Assembly: GCA_030390025.1 (NCBI GenBank) | Contig: JASTWF010000034.1 | Coordinates: 1-64,000, forward strand | Direction of reading: 5' to 3' | Length of the DNA: 64,000 nucleotides | Origin: Squalus acanthias | Taxonomy: Eukaryota | Shown here: positions 62,750 to 64,000 of the stretch, piece by piece | Numbering within the stretch: the first letter of the stretch is position 1 | How the letters are laid out: each line of letters starts with the position of its first letter | Program-made: the position numbers and the translations under genes | Notes under the pieces: generated by a model | The model's input: the letters and a program-made list of their open reading frames with translations, nothing else | What the model was told of the DNA's origin: nothing | The model's database searches: none

Positions 62750-63282
62750 GTCAGGGAGCGTCTGTAAATGGAGGAGAAATGGTGAATGGTCAGGGAGCGT
62801 CTGTAAATGGAGGAGAAATGGAGACTGGTCAGGGAGCGTCTGTAAATGGAGGAGAAATGGAGACTGGTCAGGGAGCGTCTGTAAATGGAGGAGAAATGGA
62901 GGCTGGTCAGGGAGCGTCTGTAAATGGAGGAGAAATGGTGAATGGTCAGGGAGTGTCTGTAAATGGAGGAGAAATGGAGACTGGTCAGGGAGCGTCTGTA
63001 AATGGAGGAGAAATGGAGGCTGGTCAGGGAGCGTCTGTAAATGGAGGAGAAATGGAGGCTGGTCAGGGAGTGTCTGTAAATGGAGGAGAAATGGAGACTG
63101 GTCAGGGAGCGTCTGTAAATGGAGGAGAACTGGAGACTGGTCAGGGAGCGTCTGTAAATGGAGGAGAAATGGAGACTGGTCAGGGAGCGTCTGTAAATGG
63201 AGGAGAAATGGAGGCTGGTCAGGGAGCGTCTGTAAATGGAGGAGAAATGGTGATTGCTCAGGGAGCGTCTGTAAATGGAGGA
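62750..63282. repeat. 39-bp minisatellite, about 14 copies
   Basis: Unit GGTCAGGGAGCGTCTGTAAATGGAGGAGAAATGGAGACT. Confidence 0.95.
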
Positions 63283-63504
63283 TAAATTATTTATTATTTT
63301 GCGGCTTGGTTTGTGTGAAACCTACATCACAAATTTCAATTAGACTCTTTTCCTTGCCCCAGCTCCTGTAAATACTGGCTGGAAAGGGGCCGGACTCTCA
63401 GGAGGCTCCACACCGCTGGCTGATCGTGTGTCAGTGATCTCCATTCAGATTAATGTGCATCTGCTGTGTGTGTGTTTAACAAAGTGCCCGAAGCAGTTCA
63501 TAAG

Positions 63505-64000
63505 GTGGGGAACCAGTGAGTGTAGAACTGAACCCATTCAGATTCAGCACCTTCAGGGGAGGAGAGGGAGGGGAACCAGTGAGTGTAGAACTGAATCCAT
63601 TCAGAGTCAGCACCTTCAGGCGAGGAGAGGGAGGGGAACCAGTGAGTGTAGAACTGAATCCATTCAGAGTCAGCACCTTCAGGCGAGGAGAGGGAGGGGA
63701 ACCAGTGAGTGTAGAACTGAACCCATTCAGATTCAGCACCTTCAGGGGAGGAGAGAGAGGAGAACCAGTGAGTGTAGAACTGAATCCATTCAGAGTCAGC
63801 ACCTTCAGGGGAGAAGAGGGAGGGGAACCAGTGAGTGTAGAACTGAATCCATTCAGAGTCAGCACCTTCAGGCGAGGAGAGGGAGGTGAACCAGTGAGTG
63901 TAGAACTGAATCCATTCAGAGTCAGCACCTTCAGGCGAGGAGAGGGAGGGGAACCAGTGAGTGTAGAACTGAATCCATTCAGAGTCAGCACCTTCAGGGG
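63505..64000. repeat. 63-bp minisatellite, about 8 copies, running off the window end
   Basis: GGAACCAGTGAGTGTAGAACTGAATCCATTCAGAGTCAGCACCTTCAGG... with period 63. Confidence 0.95.

Overview
Repeat-dense vertebrate genomic DNA. The SINE, LINE and zinc-finger content points to a cartilaginous fish (shark); this is inference. The window is a cluster of seven C2H2 zinc-finger (ZNF) genes or pseudogenes with no visible KRAB or other effector domain. They were built by direct and inverted segmental duplication and have GC-rich promoters carrying NRF1, YY1 and CCAAT motifs. Around them lie a near-intact Penelope-like element with hammerhead-ribozyme pseudo-LTRs, four further hammerhead-bearing Penelope fragments, and a rearranged ERV (tRNA-Gln PBS, gamma-type env, no TSD). 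There are also many CR1 LINE pieces, an RTE LINE, a Tx1 fragment, DeuSINE and V-SINE (HE1-like) copies, two Harbinger-like MITEs and four minisatellites. Most notable: (1) a promoter core flanked by 153-bp near-perfect inverted repeats that lies in the opposite orientation in a paralog; (2) a shared in-frame TGA followed 39 nt later by an ACG in Kozak context in three ZNF paralogs; (3) hammerhead fragments clustered at ZNF promoters; (4) finger arrays that diverge sharply between otherwise very similar duplicates. Coordinates were read by eye and family names were not database-checked.
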